Shown here in pieces: positions 61,567-64,000 of a DNA stretch of 64,000 nt. The stretch spans positions 23,436,001 to 23,500,000 of the forward strand of contig NW_025963879.1 in the NCBI RefSeq assembly GCF_023055435.1. The letters run 5' to 3'. Both the position numbers and the translations under genes were made by a program. The stretch is from Haliotis rufescens. Its lineage: Eukaryota. The notes under the pieces are model-generated. The model saw only the letters and a list, made by a program, of their open reading frames with translations, did no database searches and had not been told where the DNA came from. Numbering within the stretch: position 1 is the first letter of the stretch; every line of letters starts with the position of its first letter.

Positions 61567-62690
61567 GTGAGTGCCAGATGACTTTGAAATATATACTGAT
61601 ATGCAATTATCGGCCTACCTTTAGAATACAGTACCACACACTTTTCAAACACGTGACAATACCCTATGACTTAATTTGTAGTATTTTGTTGCCAGTCACA
61701 CCGGCGAAACAATGCCCTATGACGTCATGGGTCATCGAGTGTGCATAAGCTCCTCCGAATGATCTATCATCCCTACACACAATGTCATTGAATACGCCCA
61801 GCGGTGTTGAGAGTTTTGAATATTTGTTTACTAAATATAGCATGCTGCAGCAAGCGCTAGTTTACAAAAGCACTTCTATTTTTTATTCGTTTTATTCGTA
61901 ATTCAAGTGGCTAAAATGGTTATAAATGGGAACTAATATACATATATTATTTTTTCGGTCATTAATATGCACAAGAATGTAGTTTATTAGGGATATTATA
62001 TTGGCGTGAACACATCCAAATGTCAACAGTGTTAGGGTAGGTTACCCAAAACTCTATCCTTAGCCCTTTACGATCAATCAACCCTTTACGATCATTAGGG
62101 TTAGGTACACCCATTTGGTGGCTATTATAGATTCTTTAGCGGCTCCTAATATTCTTCACACAAAAACATCAAGTAAAAAGGATGAAATGGTTTTGTGTCA
62201 AATAGTTTGGCTACTGGAAACTGTCCTGGAACATTCACATAAGCCACTTTCACCGCCTACATTTTTTCAGTACTGATTCAAAAGTGAACTCACCGTTGTG
62301 TGATCGCTAGCCATGCTCATGCCTCCCTCGTTCCTCACTGTTATCCACATCATCATTGCAAAAATCACCCGACGAATTATTAAATACCATGTCATTCATG
62401 CGTACTCGCGAGTTCAACGTCTGACGTCTGACACCTGACGTCTGAAGCCTGGAGCCGTTTTCAGTTCTCGCCATATCGGCTCATTCCTCACCACTCGGTA
62501 TCTTGAAGATTACTGAATGGTATGGGTGTGCCAAATGGCATTGGGATAATTCGTAAGTGTCCATAGACTAAAGTCACGAGACACCATGCCTACCCGTAAC
62601 CTTCGTAAGTGTCCGTCACCTATTAGACAGTTTTCGTTCAGTTCCGTAAGGGCATAGGCTAACTAGGTAAATTTGCACTAAGTTCCACAG

Positions 62691-62767
62691 TGTGGATGTA
62701 GCTCAGTCGGTTAGCTGTCGGGCTAACAATCCAAAGGTAGCGAGTTCGCGTCCGATGGATTCTCACA
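62691..62767 (+). pseudogene. tRNA-like sequence (degenerate; probably a SINE head or tRNA pseudogene)
   Basis: A box tagctcagtcgg, anticodon-like loop ctaacaa, degenerate B box gagttcgcgtcc; poor acceptor and T stems. Confidence 0.4.
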
Positions 62768-64000
62768 AAAACTGGTTGCTTGTCTTTGAGACATGTGACC
62801 TACGGCAGAGATTGTCCTCTCGAGAAGTTGTGGTACTGGTTCTAAAGGTGCTCCCTTTATGAGTTACATCATAATGGGGTCTGATGTCACGACGTCAAAG
62901 TAATTCCACCATGATCTAACGTATCCTTGGCAACATTGTTCTTTCAATACTGTCATTACAAGATGGCCCATCCAAATTTGTTATCGGAGAAAAAGTTTCT
63001 TTAAACTTGTAGACTATTTGAATGTTATTACCTTGGCAGAAGTATGGAAAGATGAGTGCCAACAATCTCTCATGCCACAGCATTATCTCAAACATAATCA
63101 AACCACTGTGTCCATGCCACAGCAGTAACAAAATTGTCCGAGGCGGGCCTTGGTTCCCTACGAAATATGTATGTCTGTCAGGACAAAGGAATGAGCAATC
63201 CTTGAAAAGTTTCATTACCACATACATATACACCTGTTGCTTAGTGTACAGCATTTAACAATATACAGCAGTCAAACAAACCGGCTGCCCACATGTTCGT
63301 CCCACGTTGATGCCATATCACGCCCCAAGCTGTTGATTAACGTTGGTTACAGTTTCATGTTGTGCAACCAACATGATAAGCACACTGTTTCATGGTTTGC
63401 AGTTGCTGCAGTCTGCTAGCATTAGTGGCGGAAACAAAGTTGCAAGTTGTACAACAGAAAATACCTAAACTCACAATTACCAGTGACACCGAACATCAAC
63501 ATCGGCTATGTGTACATGTTAGATCGGCCTGACAATGCACTTGTGGAATGTTTTGAGTCTTGTGATTATATTCAAGCAAATTAATATTAAAACTTAAATT
63601 TAAAAATCCTTATTGCAGCATGAGTTTATGCATAACCACACACTGAAAGGATAAGGAAATATGACCTATTTAAATAATACACAACAAATTTTCGTGGTGC
63701 TGAATTATGTTTAAAACATAAATATGTCTCTTAGCATAAGGTTACAGGCAATCAAGTGGAACAGCCCGTCAGTTAGCCCTGTTCGAGGATTTTCAAGTTA
63801 TGGCACGTTTAGTACAGATTTGATTTTAAACCCTTCTCCAATAAAATACTTGTTTAGTTTTAAATTCGGCACCTTAGAAAGTCTGCTCTACCCCCATGTG
63901 TAGCGTAATAAAGTATAGTTTTGCCCTGAACTATTATAACCTCAAAGCACTCGGACACAAGCTTTAATATTAATACAAAACATACATAAAATCTTCTCTG

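Noticed and set aside
62030-62110. Scattered TTAGGG motifs
   Set aside because: Only isolated hexamers, not an interstitial telomeric array.

Overview
AT-rich, intron-rich animal genomic DNA; the repeat types suggest a mollusc, possibly a gastropod (inference only). Four complete spliced genes and the start of a fifth could be rebuilt exon by exon with GT-AG boundaries and consistent phases. These are CIAPIN1/anamorsin (minus, 6 coding exons, about 301 aa), TPX2 (plus, 15 exons, about 813 aa), PSMG2 (minus, 7 exons, about 275 aa), a flavin-containing monooxygenase (plus, 5 exons, about 427 aa) and the first coding exon of a tandem FMO paralog. CIAPIN1 and TPX2 are head-to-head across a short CCAAT/MYB/CHR-containing promoter, and TPX2 and PSMG2 are tail-to-tail. 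The rest is a dense patchwork of repeats: a DD83E Tc1/IS630-type transposase fossil, a mariner fossil, a Penelope-like RT fragment, and an internally deleted DIRS element in a CIAPIN1 intron. There are also three tRNA-headed SINE families, a very abundant headless ~250-300 bp retroposed repeat whose 5' end can fold into a pseudoknot, many MITEs/foldbacks, Helentron-like elements with ~170-bp satellite units, a 42-bp minisatellite and two assembly gaps. No CRISPR or prokaryotic systems were seen. The best leads are the structured 5' module of the headless repeat and a templated insertion that copied PSMG2 intron sequence into a SINE upstream of the same gene.
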